DNA of 64,000 bases, from NCBI GenBank assembly GCA_050273025.1, contig CP158635.1, positions 25,854,001-25,918,000 of the forward strand. Reading direction: 5' to 3'. Origin of the DNA: Cenococcum geophilum. Its lineage: Eukaryota. The translations under genes and the position numbers were made by a program. Of this stretch, positions 1 through 12,310 are shown one piece after another (position 1 is the first letter of the stretch; each line of letters begins with the position of its first letter). The notes under the pieces were generated by a model, which saw only the letters and a program-made list of their open reading frames with translations, was not told the DNA's origin and did no database searches.

Positions 1-18
1 TCACCCTGTGTAACTAAT

Positions 19-1487
19 AAAGATAGATAGATCTTAAATAGAAGCGATAATAAAAGGAGGTAGCGAAAATATAAGACGTAGCTATAAAGAACACCCTATA
101 GTTAATACTAATAAAAGCAAAATCTATAGCCGCCTTTCTACTATAGATAAAGGTTTTAGGCCTAAATATATAGCTAATAAGTATCTATATTTTAAATACC
201 TTACCTTAATATATATACAGGTAGCCTATTTAGTTAATACGCTATATACTACTATTTTATAGCTACCGCTTAGTAAGGGACTAGCTATTTACTAGTATAG
301 GTATAAATAATATTACCTAAATACTCTCTATAAGTAGAGGCCTATAGGTAATAGTAAAATAGCTTATACGTTAAGGAATTCTTTAATAGTTTTAAATAGT
401 ATATAAGATCTAATTGGAGGATATTAAAGGATACGCCCTTTTCTAGCCCCTTAAAGACTAAATACCCCTACCTAGCTATAAGTAGTACGCTAGCGAATTA
501 CTAGATACTTTTACTACTCCCCCCCTTAAATCTTCTAATATACTTAGAAAGTTTAGTATATAAGGTAGACCTAAATATATAAAAATATATTAGTTTAGTA
601 AAGGTAAAACGATTAAAACTAGCTAAAAGGAAATATTTAAGTTTTCCCCCTTATAGGGCCTTTTCCTATATAGAAAGGTAGAAGTATATATATATTTAAA
701 AAGGAACTAAATTAGGCAATAAATAGAATTAATATAATAATTATATACTTAAGCCTAAAGCTTAATATAAAGTTTTAAATCTCTTTATAAATATTTATAT
801 TAATTTTATTTATTGCCTAATTTAGTCCCTATTTAGGTCTTTATAGGCTTTTACCTTTCTATATAGGAAAAGGCCCTATAAGGGGAAACCCCTAAGTATT
901 TTCTTTTAGCTAGTTCTATACGTTTTATCTTTACTAAACTAATATATTTTTATATCTTTAGGTCTACCTTATATACTATACTTTTTAGGTATATTAAAAG
1001 ATCTAAAAGGGATAGTAGAAGTATCTAGTAATTTACTAGCGTACTACCTATAGCTAGGCGGCGGTATTTAGTCTTTAAAGAGCTAAAAGAGGGCATATCC
1101 TTTAGTGTCCTCCTATTAGATCTTATATACTATTTAAAATTGCTAAAGAACTCCTTAGTCTATAAGCTATTTTAATACTATTTATAGGCCCCTACTTATA
1201 GAGAGTATAGGTAATATTATTTATACCTATATTTATAAATAGCTAGTGCCTTACTAAGCAGTAGCTATAGAAAAGTAGTATATAGTATACTAACTAAATA
1301 GGCTATCTATAAGTATATTAAGGTATAGTATTTAGAATATAAATACTTACTAGCTATAGATTTTACCTTTATTAGTCCTTTATATAGGGGGAGTATTAGT
1401 ATTAACTATAGGGTATTCTATATAGCTACGTCTTATATTTTTACTACCTCCTTCTATTATCGCTTCTATTTAAGGTCTACCTATCTT
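19..1487. repeat. Large imperfect inverted repeat (foldback) with ~720 bp arms and ~60 bp spacer, RIP-mutated
   Basis: ~19-113 (aagatagatagatcttaaatagaagcgataataaaagg...) is the reverse complement of ~1394-1487. ~706-736 pairs with ~796-826. Matching continues through the arms with transitions and some indels. Confidence 0.9.
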
Positions 1488-2097
1488 GCGATAAGTATAG
1501 TAGATCTCTATTTATACTAATAGCCTCTTATCCTCTATTACTATAGTAGTACTCTACTAGTACGGCGTTAGGTCTCCACCTAGTAAGCTAATAGTTTCTA
1601 TAGTTTTCTCTCTCTCTTTATTACCTATAGGTAGAGGGCTTCCTAGCTAATATACTTAGGCGTATTACCTTTTTAAGGGGCCCTCGCTTCTTATATATAT
1701 CTTATTCCTTATATACGTTTTAGTATTTAGTATATATTTTCTTTTACTAGGTGGCCTTATACTATAACTATTCTCTATATAGTAGTTATATTAACATATA
1801 AGTCTACTAGTAAAACTACTACTTTATATTCTAGTATAGCGTATAGTATTCTTCTATAGGCCCCTATAGTTCTATATAGGTACTAGTTTTATAGTTTAGC
1901 TAGTAGCGCTAGGGAGATTTTTATTAATACCTTACTACCTAGTCCTAGGTCCTAGATCTAGGAGCCGTATAGTATTATTAGCCTTACTATAAATAAATAA
2001 ATAAATATCTATATAATTTCCTATATAATTATTTCTATAAATTCTATAATTAATTACTAGTATAAAAATATATATCTATACGCCTATATATTTATAT

Positions 2098-2246
2098 AAA
2101 GCTCTATATAAAGCTCTACTTAAAGCTCTATATAAAGCTCTGCTTAAAGCTCTACTCAAAGCTCTGCTTAAAGCTCTATATAAGGCTCTACACGAGGCTC
2201 TATATAAAGCTCTACACGAAGCTCTACTAAAGCTCTACGTAAAGCT
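2098..2246. repeat. Tandem array of ~12 bp units, consensus AAGCTCTAYATA
   Basis: About 12 consecutive aagctct(a/g)nnnn units visible directly. Confidence 0.85.
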
Positions 2247-2540
2247 TACCCCCTTCTATAAGGCAAATCTATACCTACTAGCAGTCCTTAAGTATTATTT
2301 AAAGCTGGCTTATTAATTTAGGTACTCTAGCTGCAGTAAAAAGAGGGCGGCAGTAGTTGTGGGATGGGTGCAGTCGCTACAACTCTAGGGCGTTAGGCGT
2401 GATAATAAGATAACGAATTAGAATTGGGCAAATTAGGTAACGTAGTCTTCTTCACCAGGTTTAATTTGGTAATTCTAGCCATTAGGAATAGCTTAGGGAG
2501 CTATAGAAGTTAAGATAATTTGGCTTAAAGTAGGTGTATA

Positions 2541-4754
2541 TCCCTTAGCACGGTAGGGTCCTTGGAGTCTGTGGTCCGTGCAGCAACACCAGAATCAAAG
2601 CTACGCGTGTATCTATATAGAATTTAACCATTAAATTGCCCACTACAATGCCTTCCAATCGTGCCAGAATTGATGCAGATCTTGTTAAACCTACTTAGTA
2701 CAACGTTCGGCCGAATCAAACAGCCAAAAAACCCCGCCCCAAGCCCTAGCCTTTGCCCAAATTCAAACCTCTCCATATTGACGATTGGGACGACTATGGC
2801 TCACTAAACCTCCCCCCTGGTGTCGATACTTACGATCCTTTTAAACTATTTAAGCTGTTCTTTACAGACGAGCTTATGGATAAGCTTGTAGCTTGGATAA
2901 ACGAGCACGCAGAGCTCTACCCGTTAGATAAGGATAAGGAGTATCTATAAGCTTGGCAGCCAATATGCAAGCAGGAACTCTATGCGTATTTTACTGCGCT
3001 AATTTATATAGGTATTACCATAGAATCGTCTATTAAGGACTACTGGAAGGATTTAAAATTGTATGGAGCTAAGTATATAGTTAAACAGTATATAGGACTC
3101 GTCAGATTCCAGCAGCTTAATTGTCACTTTTAAGCCTTACCACCCTGGCTAAAATCCGATAAAATACCTTAAACTATATTTGATAGAATCTATAAGCTTT
3201 CTAAGCACATCCGAATTACTTCTAGGAAGCTCTACACGCCTAGAACCCACCTCGCCGTTAATGAGACGATTTAACGCTTTATAGGCCGTGCCCCCAAGAT
3301 AGTTAATATTCCATTAAAACTAATACCAGAAGGCTTTAAAATATAGATTCTGGCCAATAAGGGCTATATATTAGACTGGCTATAGTATACTAAAGGCAAT
3401 AAGGGGCCAGTTAATCTAGATTAAAGCTTTATGCAGGATAAAGGATTTTTAAAGATGTAGGCAGTTATATTGGACCTATTTCTTTAAAGGGATAAGAATA
3501 CTAAGGAGCGGCTCTACCCTCTAGGAAAGCACGTCGTTTGGCTTAATAACCTATTTATAAGCGTTAAGCTTCTTACCCAACTTCGAGAGCTTTGTATTAG
3601 AGGTGTAGGAATAGTTCGCACGACTAAAACAAAACGTAAGGAGTAGGGGGACTTTAAAGGCGATATTAAGGTGGCTATAACTAAGGGAGAAAAGACGAAG
3701 GTGCCTGTTAAGCTAATTAACTAAACGCTTACAGAGCTTAAATTAACCTATACGGGTTAAATTCCATAGGGTAAGTTATATGGGGAGCTTTCTAGTAACG
3801 AGCAGGTGATAAAGTTTGCTTAAAAGGACGCCAATGTAGTGCTTTTTATGTCTACTGTTGACGATGGTAAGTATTATACCTTAACCTTAAAGCTAAAAGC
3901 TAATGACGTTATATATTGCCAGGTCGCTATAAAGTTAATTTAAAGCAAAAACGTCCTCCCCTTACTGCTAGCGGAGCTAGACAGACTCGGAAGGTCTTTA
4001 GCGATGCGGTTAAGAAGATATTACTTATTCCTACCTTTATATTCTTCTACAATTACTATATATACGGGGTAGATATTGCGGATTAATTACGCTTGTACTT
4101 TAATATATAGAGGACCCATATAAGGACCTGGAAGCCACTGTTCCACTTTCTAATTAATATAGTACTAAGTAATTACTTTAAGCTATCTTCTTATACTCCT
4201 ATAGATCGCTAAGTAAGCCGCTAGGATGGCTATAAGCAGTTTTGAAAGGACCTCCGCGACGCCCTATACGAACGCTTAACTCGTAAGCAAAAGGCACCTA
4301 TATAAGAACACCCTCCTTAACGCTTTACAGACTAGATTATATAGGTCCCTATACCGCTACATAAACGGATTAAGCTATTTAACGAGGCTGTTAACTGCTC
4401 GGCTTATATAGAGGCTGGTAGGCATACTTAGATAGAGCGTTTAGAGACTAGGAAAGCTCTATTAAAACTATTACCAAATACTATAAGGAAGTCTCGTAAT
4501 AGCAAGGAATAGGGGAGGCGTGAACGTGCTCTAAGGACTTGATATGGCTGTAGTATATATAAGATACCGCTCTGCGCAGAGGACGAGTGCTGGCTACCTT
4601 ATATAGAACAACTTAACTCCAAACATTAAGCTTATATATTAAAATACTAAGAAATCAAAAGCTTCGTATTCCTGAGTACGGGCATTAAATTCAGTTGATT
4701 TAATTGGCCGATTCTTATCGATAAGCCAAGGGCCTCAATTACCGTGCTAAGGGA
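2541..4754 (+). mobile_element. piggyBac-like DNA transposon, RIP-inactivated
   Basis: 15 bp perfect TIR tcccttagcacggta (2541-2555) / taccgtgctaaggga (4740-4754). TA flanks both ends. Internal transposase relic. Confidence 0.9.
2648..4629 (+). pseudogene. piggyBac transposase (DDE_Tnp_1_7-type) pseudogene with intron ~3867-3922
   Basis: Translation through RIP stops gives PFKLFKLFFTDEL, HLAVNET*RFIGR..NIPLKLIPEGFK, VVWLNNLFISVKLL..LRE, KDANVVLFMST, YNYYIYGVDIAD and a C-terminal Cys-rich tail. These match piggyBac motifs once D->N and other RIP changes are allowed for. Confidence 0.85.
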
Positions 4755-6365
4755 TAGGCCTAAATACCCCGCGCGGGACTAACAAAAATCTAAACCGTGT
4801 ACCAGACCTTCTAACGAAGGTCTTGCCAAAAGCGGTTAGCGTCTTGGCAAGGTAAGCCTTAGCAAGAAGGTCTGAGAACGAGATAATTAGTAACGTAGGT
4901 TATGGGCTTTTGACGGTTGGGGGGGTTTTGACGGTTTTTCCTTACCGCTTGCCTGATTAGGCTTAGCGACGTATACTGCCGCTTCGAAAATCAAAACATT
5001 TAATTCCTCAATGCTTAATCTATATTTAAGAAATTTACCACTAACGCTACTATGCCCCGCTGGACTCACGAACCTGATGCGGACCAGAGGATTAAGTTAG
5101 CAATCGCTGGCTTCAAGATTGGCCTCTATAAAAGCCGGGAAGATGCTGTAAAGTCTCACGGCGTTAACCCAAATACATTGCGCAGGCGACTCAACGGCAA
5201 ACATAAATCTCACAAAGTCGCGCACAGGGTGGTTTTGGATAAATCTTATCGCGATAAGTCTTGGCATACCCCAAATAAATTTTTGTCACCTTTTTCTTCT
5301 TTATTATTATATAAAATATGGCTTTAGAAGTAAAATTAAAAGCTCTTAACTCTATTAATACCCCTAAATTAAAAAATATAAGAGGTTGCTTAGCTCTTTT
5401 AATATAGGAGTATACCTATCCACTAAGCAGTAATAAGCCCATATAAAATAAAAAAGCCTATCTTTTATTCTATTATAAACACTATATAGAGTTATATGCC
5501 ATATAGTTAACTTCTAACTTCCGAAATTACTTAGCGTTAAAGTATAGCATTATAGTTAAGCCTAAAACTAGTTATACGAAAGAAGTAATATAGGATTAAT
5601 TAAAAGACCTTTACCTTAAAGCGTTATCTTAAAATAAGATAGAAGAGCTAGATTTAGAAGTACTCTAAGCAGTCCTAAATAAGGAAGTTATTAATAAGGC
5701 CCTTATTACATTAATTATTATATAAAACTTACTACTTTAGATAGTTAAGTGGCTAGAGTTCCATATTCTTCTATAATTAATTAATCCTAAAGTAAACGGC
5801 TATGTAACTATAGCCTATTTAGTAGTTAGTAAAAAGATCTATAACTTATAGCTATTATAAAAGAATATTATATAAAAGAGGCTGCAGTCTGCACTAATAA
5901 GTATTTATCTCTCTGTTAATATCTAAACTTCTTTAAATAATTACCTTCTCCTTACGATTTATGGCTATTTTATTAATAGCTAGGAAAAGCTTATAAACGC
6001 TCTTCTTAGCCTTTATACGGTAGCCTTTTATAATATAAATAAGTAATAGAATACTCTTCTTTTAGTGCTTAAGGACTACGGAATTATATAAAAGCTAGGT
6101 GCTATTATATCTAATAACTATACCATAAATAATAAGCTCTATTATATAATAAGCAACTAGCTTCTTTAGGAAAAAGGAATTAAATAAAATCCTATTTACC
6201 AATGGATCCGCTATTAGGGTTATATTCTTAACCTTACTATATAGGCCCTCCTCTTTAAAAACTTAATTAGTTTTAATAATATTAAGTTATATAAAGAAGG
6301 AAAAAAGCTAGATCTAAAAGAGGAGAAAGAAAAGAGTAATTTATTTTAGAAACTTAGTGCACTTA

Positions 6366-6782
6366 ACGTAATCTATAAGCAAGTGGCCAGCACAAGCATG
6401 TAGCCACCTCGCCAAAAAACCAAAAAATCGTTCTTTAATATTTTAACAACGGCTTAATAATAAATTATAAAATTTTATAATTAGACTCTTATACTTACTT
6501 TAAGACCTCTATTAAAGTTTTAAAGTAATTTAAAAAGTGGTTCTTAAGATATAATAATTAGGCTTAAATTTAAAAGTTAAATTGTGATATATTAATAACG
6601 GCTAAACTAATTACTCTAAAACTTTAATAGAGGTCTTAAAGTAAGTACGAAAGTCTAATTATAAATTTTTATAATTTATTATTAAGCCGTTATTAAAATA
6701 TTAAAGAACTATTTTTTGGGTTTTTGGTGAGTTTGGTCGGGTAGCCATATACTTATGCTGGCCACTTGCTTGTAAATTACAT
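6366..6782. mobile_element. Non-autonomous Fot1/pogo-type MITE (ACGTAATC terminus) with ~165-175 bp inverted arms
   Basis: TA|acgtaatctataagcaagtggccagca ... tgctggccacttgcttgtaaattacat|TA. Arms ~6366-6531 and ~6608-6782. Removing it rejoins the hAT frame (relic of LGALGKLHNI). Confidence 0.85.
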
Positions 6783-7885
6783 TAGAAAGCTTTATAATAT
6801 TACTATATATATTTACAGCTTAGCTAGTTATATGAGGGGGTTTAAAAGTCTTATAGAGAGAAGAATTCTGCTTAGTAATTGTATAAGATAGAATAGCTAG
6901 TATTTTATACTTAACGTAGCAATTTAGAAAGAGTCTGCCCTTAATACGTATACTAAGCATAACCTTAATATGCTTAAAAAGGACTATCTTAGTCTAAAAA
7001 ACTAGGAGGCGCTTTATACAATAAAAAGCTTTCTTTAGATATTCTACTAGGCAACTCTAAAATGCTAAGGATATAAAGCAACGCTTAAGAATATACTTTT
7101 TATAATAGACGTTATAATTAAGCACCTTAATAAATCCTAGGTTAGTCTATCTCCCCTCTTTATTTCCTAGCTAATATATAATAGAAGAAGTATATATCTA
7201 ATAAGGAGTTCTCTAAACGCATTAAAAACGCTTAGAATACTTTTAATAGGTATTACCATAAAATAGATAACTTGCCCCTTTATACCGCTACACTTATTCT
7301 TTATCTAGCCCATTATATAAGATATATTAAGTAGGTTTGGAAGAAGAAGTAGCATAAGCCTATACTTAATAGCATTAAAGAGCTTTATAAAAGATATCAG
7401 AATAGGAGTTTTACGCCTAGAAGTATATTATCGTATAAAAAGCTAGCTCTAGCTTAAGACCTTAATAAGTTTAATAAGATTACCAAGGATCTTAATAGTA
7501 TAATATTTTAATTAAAAAGTTAGGACGAGTATAAGGACTTTATCTCTAAGACGCTATATAAGATTTTAACAACTGTGCTTTAGTAGTAGTCTTAAGAACA
7601 GCAACGAAAACGCTAGCAATGGCTCTCGCTTATAGTAATTAAAATTCTCTTAATTCTAGTAATAAGTAATAAGCCAAAAAGAGTCTTTTTAGGAGGACGT
7701 TGTATAGTATTATAGGAGAGAATGTAGATAAATTCTAAAACTCTTAAGAAAACAGAGTATTTAAAGAATTAGCATTAGAGAAGAACTATAAAAGAAATAG
7801 GTAATTTTTCTCTAGGTATATAGCTATTATATAGTTAGGGAGGAAAGGTAGATAGGGACCCTATAATACCTTACGCCTATTTATA

Positions 7886-7973
7886 ATATCCGCAATATCC
7901 ACAGTATCCGTAATATCTGCGATATCCGCAATATCTATAATATCTGCAATATCAGCAATATCTGCAATATCTG
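7886..7973. repeat. Subterminal tandem 9-mer array (ATATCYGCA) of hAT 1
   Basis: About 10 copies of atatccgca/atatctgca, ~160 bp inside the right TIR. Confidence 0.85.
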
Positions 7974-10900
7974 CTAAATTCTACTAGTATCGAGTCCTAT
8001 TCTACCTAGTTGGGGTAGAAAAGCTCTATATAGGGCACTTTTATCCTTATTAATTGCGATATTTATGCATATTCTATTAGATAAAGGATATTTTATGCTT
8101 ACTTATTCGCATTATCTAAAACTACCCTAGTCGCGCATACTTACCAGCAGCGACTACTACCTCCTGCAGAATCTGCAGTCGTGCGATAGTGTATATACCT
8201 TGCAAATGCAGGCTTTCCTGCTTGAATTCGAACGATCCGAGTTATTATAATTAAGATTCTTAAAGAACAAGCAAGAAAGCTTCCTCCCTATTAACTACTA
8301 CCACCACTAGGCAAAGTATGGATAACTACCTTTCTTACTTATTAGAATAAGCTTCGTGTTTGCTACGCTTAATTACTTAATTAAGAACGTGCAATTACTG
8401 GTAACAACATTGCTATAATTAAGGCCTTCTTTAATAACTATAATACCATAATTTAAAACCACAGAATTCTACTTAAGGATTAATATAATATAAATAAGAC
8501 TAGCTATGCTATAGGGCTTGCTCTAAGTGCTAAAGTAGTAGTTCTTAGAGGTAGAAAACAAGCTTTTAAAACAGTAGACGGCTCGCGCGAGTAAGTAAGT
8601 TAAGTTAACTATATAGAAATAGGCGGTAAAACGATTCCACCTTATATTATTTTTAAGGGTAAGTAATATACAGATCGGCTATAGCAAATAGCTAAGGAAG
8701 CTGTACTTGGCTGTACTATTAGAATAACTAAAAATGGCTAGAGTTTATAGGAATAAGGCCTTGGTTAGCTAGAATACTTTAAGTAATATACTTAATAAAC
8801 TAAATAGTAGTAGGCCTTAAATAAAGAGGACGACGATAATCTTAATTTAAATGGCTACCGCCTACTTATAATGGACGGTTATATAAGCTATATTAACCTT
8901 AAATTTATTTAGTTCTATAAGGACTATAGAATTATACCAATTTACCTTCCTCTATATATAAATTACCTGCTATAACCTCTTAATTTAGTAATATTCTTAC
9001 TACTTAAGCGGGCCTACTCGCAGAAAGTAGATAAGTATATTGCTTTAGGTATTACGGGCCTTAATAGGGAGTAGTTTCTTAGGATTATTAGCGAAATTCG
9101 GTTAGAGATCTATACTGCTAATTATATTAATAGCGCCTTTAAAGCCGCAGGCCTTTATCTATACAATCTAGAACGTACCCTTAGCCGCTATAGAAAAAGC
9201 GATCCTATTTAAAGCCTTATACCTATAGATAAATTAGTATTACTATTATCCTCTCCCTTATATCTACAAACTCTAATAACCGCTAATAACCGCGCCTAAT
9301 ATTTAAGGATAATTACTAACCCTAAAACGTCACCGGAGGTAGTTAAAAGCTATATTTAAAAGCTTATTAAGCAGCTATAATTATATAAAGATTAAGAGGT
9401 ATTGCTTAAGTAGAAAAACAAAGACCTTCACTATAGCGCTATAGAAAGGAAGAAAAGGAAGAAGGATAAAAAGATAGTACTATTAACGGCAGCGGTGCTT
9501 ACTACTAACGCTATAAAGGCAATTGTTGCTACTAGAGAGGCTATAAAGGAAGCTAAAAGGAATAATAGGGAATAAAGGAAGCGATCCAAAATTAAGTAGG
9601 AGGAGGTAGTAATACTCTATAAGGAATAGGTTAAGGCATAGAAGGAGGCTTAGGCTACCGCATTAGAGGCTAAAAGGAAGATAAAGCAATACCAGCAGTA
9701 GTTTTAAGCAGCGCTACTAGGGTTAAAAAGGGTATAGAAAGCTTTAGAGACTATATCTAGGATAGTAATAAAGAAGAAGATAGCTAAGGTATAAAAGGAA
9801 TTTAGAAAGGCAGAGGATCAAGCTACGTTAGCTAAAGCGCTCGCGACCACTACGTAATTAATGGTAAAGGCATCTACTGTTATATCTAAGGCAGCAACGG
9901 CTTACTTAAAGGCTTTAATAGCAGCTGTAAAAAAGGTAGATAAAGAGGTTAATACGCAGGTAGAGGTAGATGACGACAAGTAGAGCAATTTGAGCGACAG
10001 TAAGGTGTTAGATAAGGACGTTGGCATAAATATAGGTAACGTCATATAGTTAATTAAGTAGAGCTTCCAATACAAATACTATAAAATGTCGCGATAGAGC
10101 CTTAATTATATAAAACTAAAGCTTTATTTTATTTAATATCATAGATAATACTGCGTGATGCCCTTTATTAAGAAAATGCCTTTTATTAAGCATTTTAAGG
10201 TAGTTTTGATATTCAAACCCGTCAAAAACCCCCTAACCGTCAAAAGCCTATAACCTACGTTAGCTAAATGCTAAGACTTAATTATAAATGCCGCATTTAG
10301 CAGCTAAATGCTAGAAAATGCTAGAAATGCTAGAAAATGCTAAAATGGCTAAAAAGTAAAATTAAATGCTAGTAAATTTTTTCCTAACGAAACTACCAAT
10401 CTATACCAATAATTCGTATAATATTTATTTTTAATAAGTATATTTCTATTATAATAATTTTATCCAAATTATTGCCAATATTTTAATATTAACACTGCAA
10501 ATATTAATAATAATTCATTGCTTAATATCCGATTTAGATCCCTATTAGGCCTACGCGGACTACTCCTTATATATATATAGGGAGAAAACTCCATTTAAGA
10601 AAACCCTATAATCTATCTCCCTACCTTTTAGGACTCGCCTATAAGGCGCCTATAAGGCGCCTGCGAGTTACCTATAGTGCTTTTACTACCTTACTTTTTA
10701 ACCTTCTTAGGAACCACTGCTACCGTAATAAGCCTATAAACGCGCTAGTATCGCAAACTTTACTTTACTACTATAGAGTTATTAGGGGGCGCCCGTTACT
10801 TACCCCCCTACCCTTTATTACTATTTCCCTTATAACCCAGAACTGGTTTAGTATATTTTAGCTAATAAGCTACTAGGTAACCGCCTTAAGGCCTTTTTAT

Positions 10901-12123
10901 ATTAAGAGTAGTGTATTATAGTTCTTTGTGCCAGCTACTAAAAGTATTACTTTTTAGTTAGTATATAAGGGGTATAACAGTATTACGTGTTTTAGTGTCT
11001 GTCTTAGCTAGCTATATTTATATCTTAGGCTACCTACTAGGATACCTACCCAGTAGAGCTAGTCTTTTAGTTCTATTATTCCTATTTTTAAGAGTATCGC
11101 TATTATATTTTCTACTTTTATTAGGCCTTCTTAGAGCCCTAGAGTATTTACCCCCTATAGCGTTAACTATGCTATAGCTTAGGTTCCTCTTACCTTAATT
11201 AGCCTCTATACCTTTAACTCCTATATACCTTTTTAGCGTTAGTCTAACTAGTATTATATTATAGTAAATAGTTTCCTAGCGTTCTTTTATACTCTACTTT
11301 AGCTCCTTTCTCTCTCTTATTATTATCTTTACTGGCCTTTTACGCGTCTCCCTTCCTCCTTTATATAGGCCTGGGCCCTAAAGCTATACTATTCTTCTTC
11401 TGCTTTTTTTACCTATTTCTCTAATATATCTTCCCTACTTTAGGGTTATTAGTTTGTTCTCCTATAGGGCGCCCTAAGGTCCCTCTATAGTTTATTTAAG
11501 CGTGTCTTAATACACTTTATAATATTAAAGTTACGTTTATTTTAGGCCCTTTATATTTCAGTGGCTTTAATATATAGTTATAGGGGGGGAATATTGGCTT
11601 CCTTTTTAAGCAGTGCTGTGGCCGTTCGCTTATATCCGCCTATTATACTCTAAAGGTAGGCTATTTAGACCTTTTAGAGTGGTTTAAGGAGTGACTTAGG
11701 GGAGCCTTTTTTAGATTCTCTAATGGCCCAAATACTGGACCTATATGTTATAGTTAGCCGGACAACTGCTATATATAGTAGGCGTGACCTCTAAAAGCAT
11801 AGGCCCTATATAGAATTAACGATTCTAGATAATACGATGTACTGTGCTTAGCCCTTATAGGCCGCTTACGCCGTATATACGCTTTACTAGAGCTTACTAT
11901 CTACCTATACTCTTAATACCCTTAGGCCCTAAACTAGTTAACCCCTAAAGCCTTAGATATGGATTATGTGCTAGAGATCTGTAAATTAGTTGCGTTTTCT
12001 TATAAAATAGATTAGTTAGTATTTCTCTAGTAAGAATTAGACTCTATATTATTTTGCCTATTTTATATAGGTATTATAAGCTTTCTTTAGCATTCTACAA
12101 TTCTCTACGGCTAATAGCCCGTA

Positions 12124-12310
12124 TGTTACGGCTTATACAAATGCCTCTAAACCGAAGCTTGTAGAATGCTGTATTACAAAGATACTAAGCTAAGGAGCAG
12201 AAGAAGGTCGAGGAAAGGATACGTCTATATACACGAGCCAAGTCTCCAAGCGAGCCCCTAACTAGGCTGCATATAGACGTCGCATGGGGCGGTGCCCTAG
12301 CGCCGTTACA
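12124..12310 (-). repeat. 3' LTR (187 bp)
   Basis: tgttacggc...gccgttaca; near-identical to 16385-16571. Confidence 0.92.

Larger units (their letters stand above)
5225..8129 (+). mobile_element. hAT transposon 1, heavily RIPped, with transposase relic
   Basis: 8 bp TSD gtcgcgca at 5217-5224 and 8130-8137. TIR cagggtggttttggataa / ttatctaaaactacccta. Relic WIRY*GYILNL motif (RCxxHxxNL), a dimerization-domain relic near 7620-7770, and a probable intron at 7141-7184. Confidence 0.9.
5052..10030 (+). pseudogene. pogo/Fot1 transposase pseudogene (psq HTH, CENP-B HTH, DDE_1), split by the hAT; 3' end approximate
   Basis: N-terminus ...HGVNPNTLRRRLNG...KVAH continues in frame after the hAT as TYQQRLLPPAESAVV. 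Later motifs are DGSRE, IPPYIIFKGK, KNG*S, YRLLIMDG and a RIPped LLQPLD box. Confidence 0.85.
4893..10260 (+). mobile_element. pogo/Fot1-type Tc1/mariner transposon, interrupted by a hAT at 5225-8129
   Basis: TIR acgtaggttatgggcttttgacggtt... (4893) matches ...aaccgtcaaaagcctataacctacgt (10260). TA TSD at 4891-92 and 10261-62. Confidence 0.92.

Noticed and set aside
1490..2010. RIPped segment ending in (TAAA)4, possibly a non-LTR element 3' end
   Set aside because: No protein motif or TSD could be recovered.
2098..2246. Regular repeat arrays (also 7886-7973 and 21540-21650) as CRISPR-like
   Set aside because: No unique spacers, eukaryotic context, and they are explained as TE-associated tandem or subterminal repeats.
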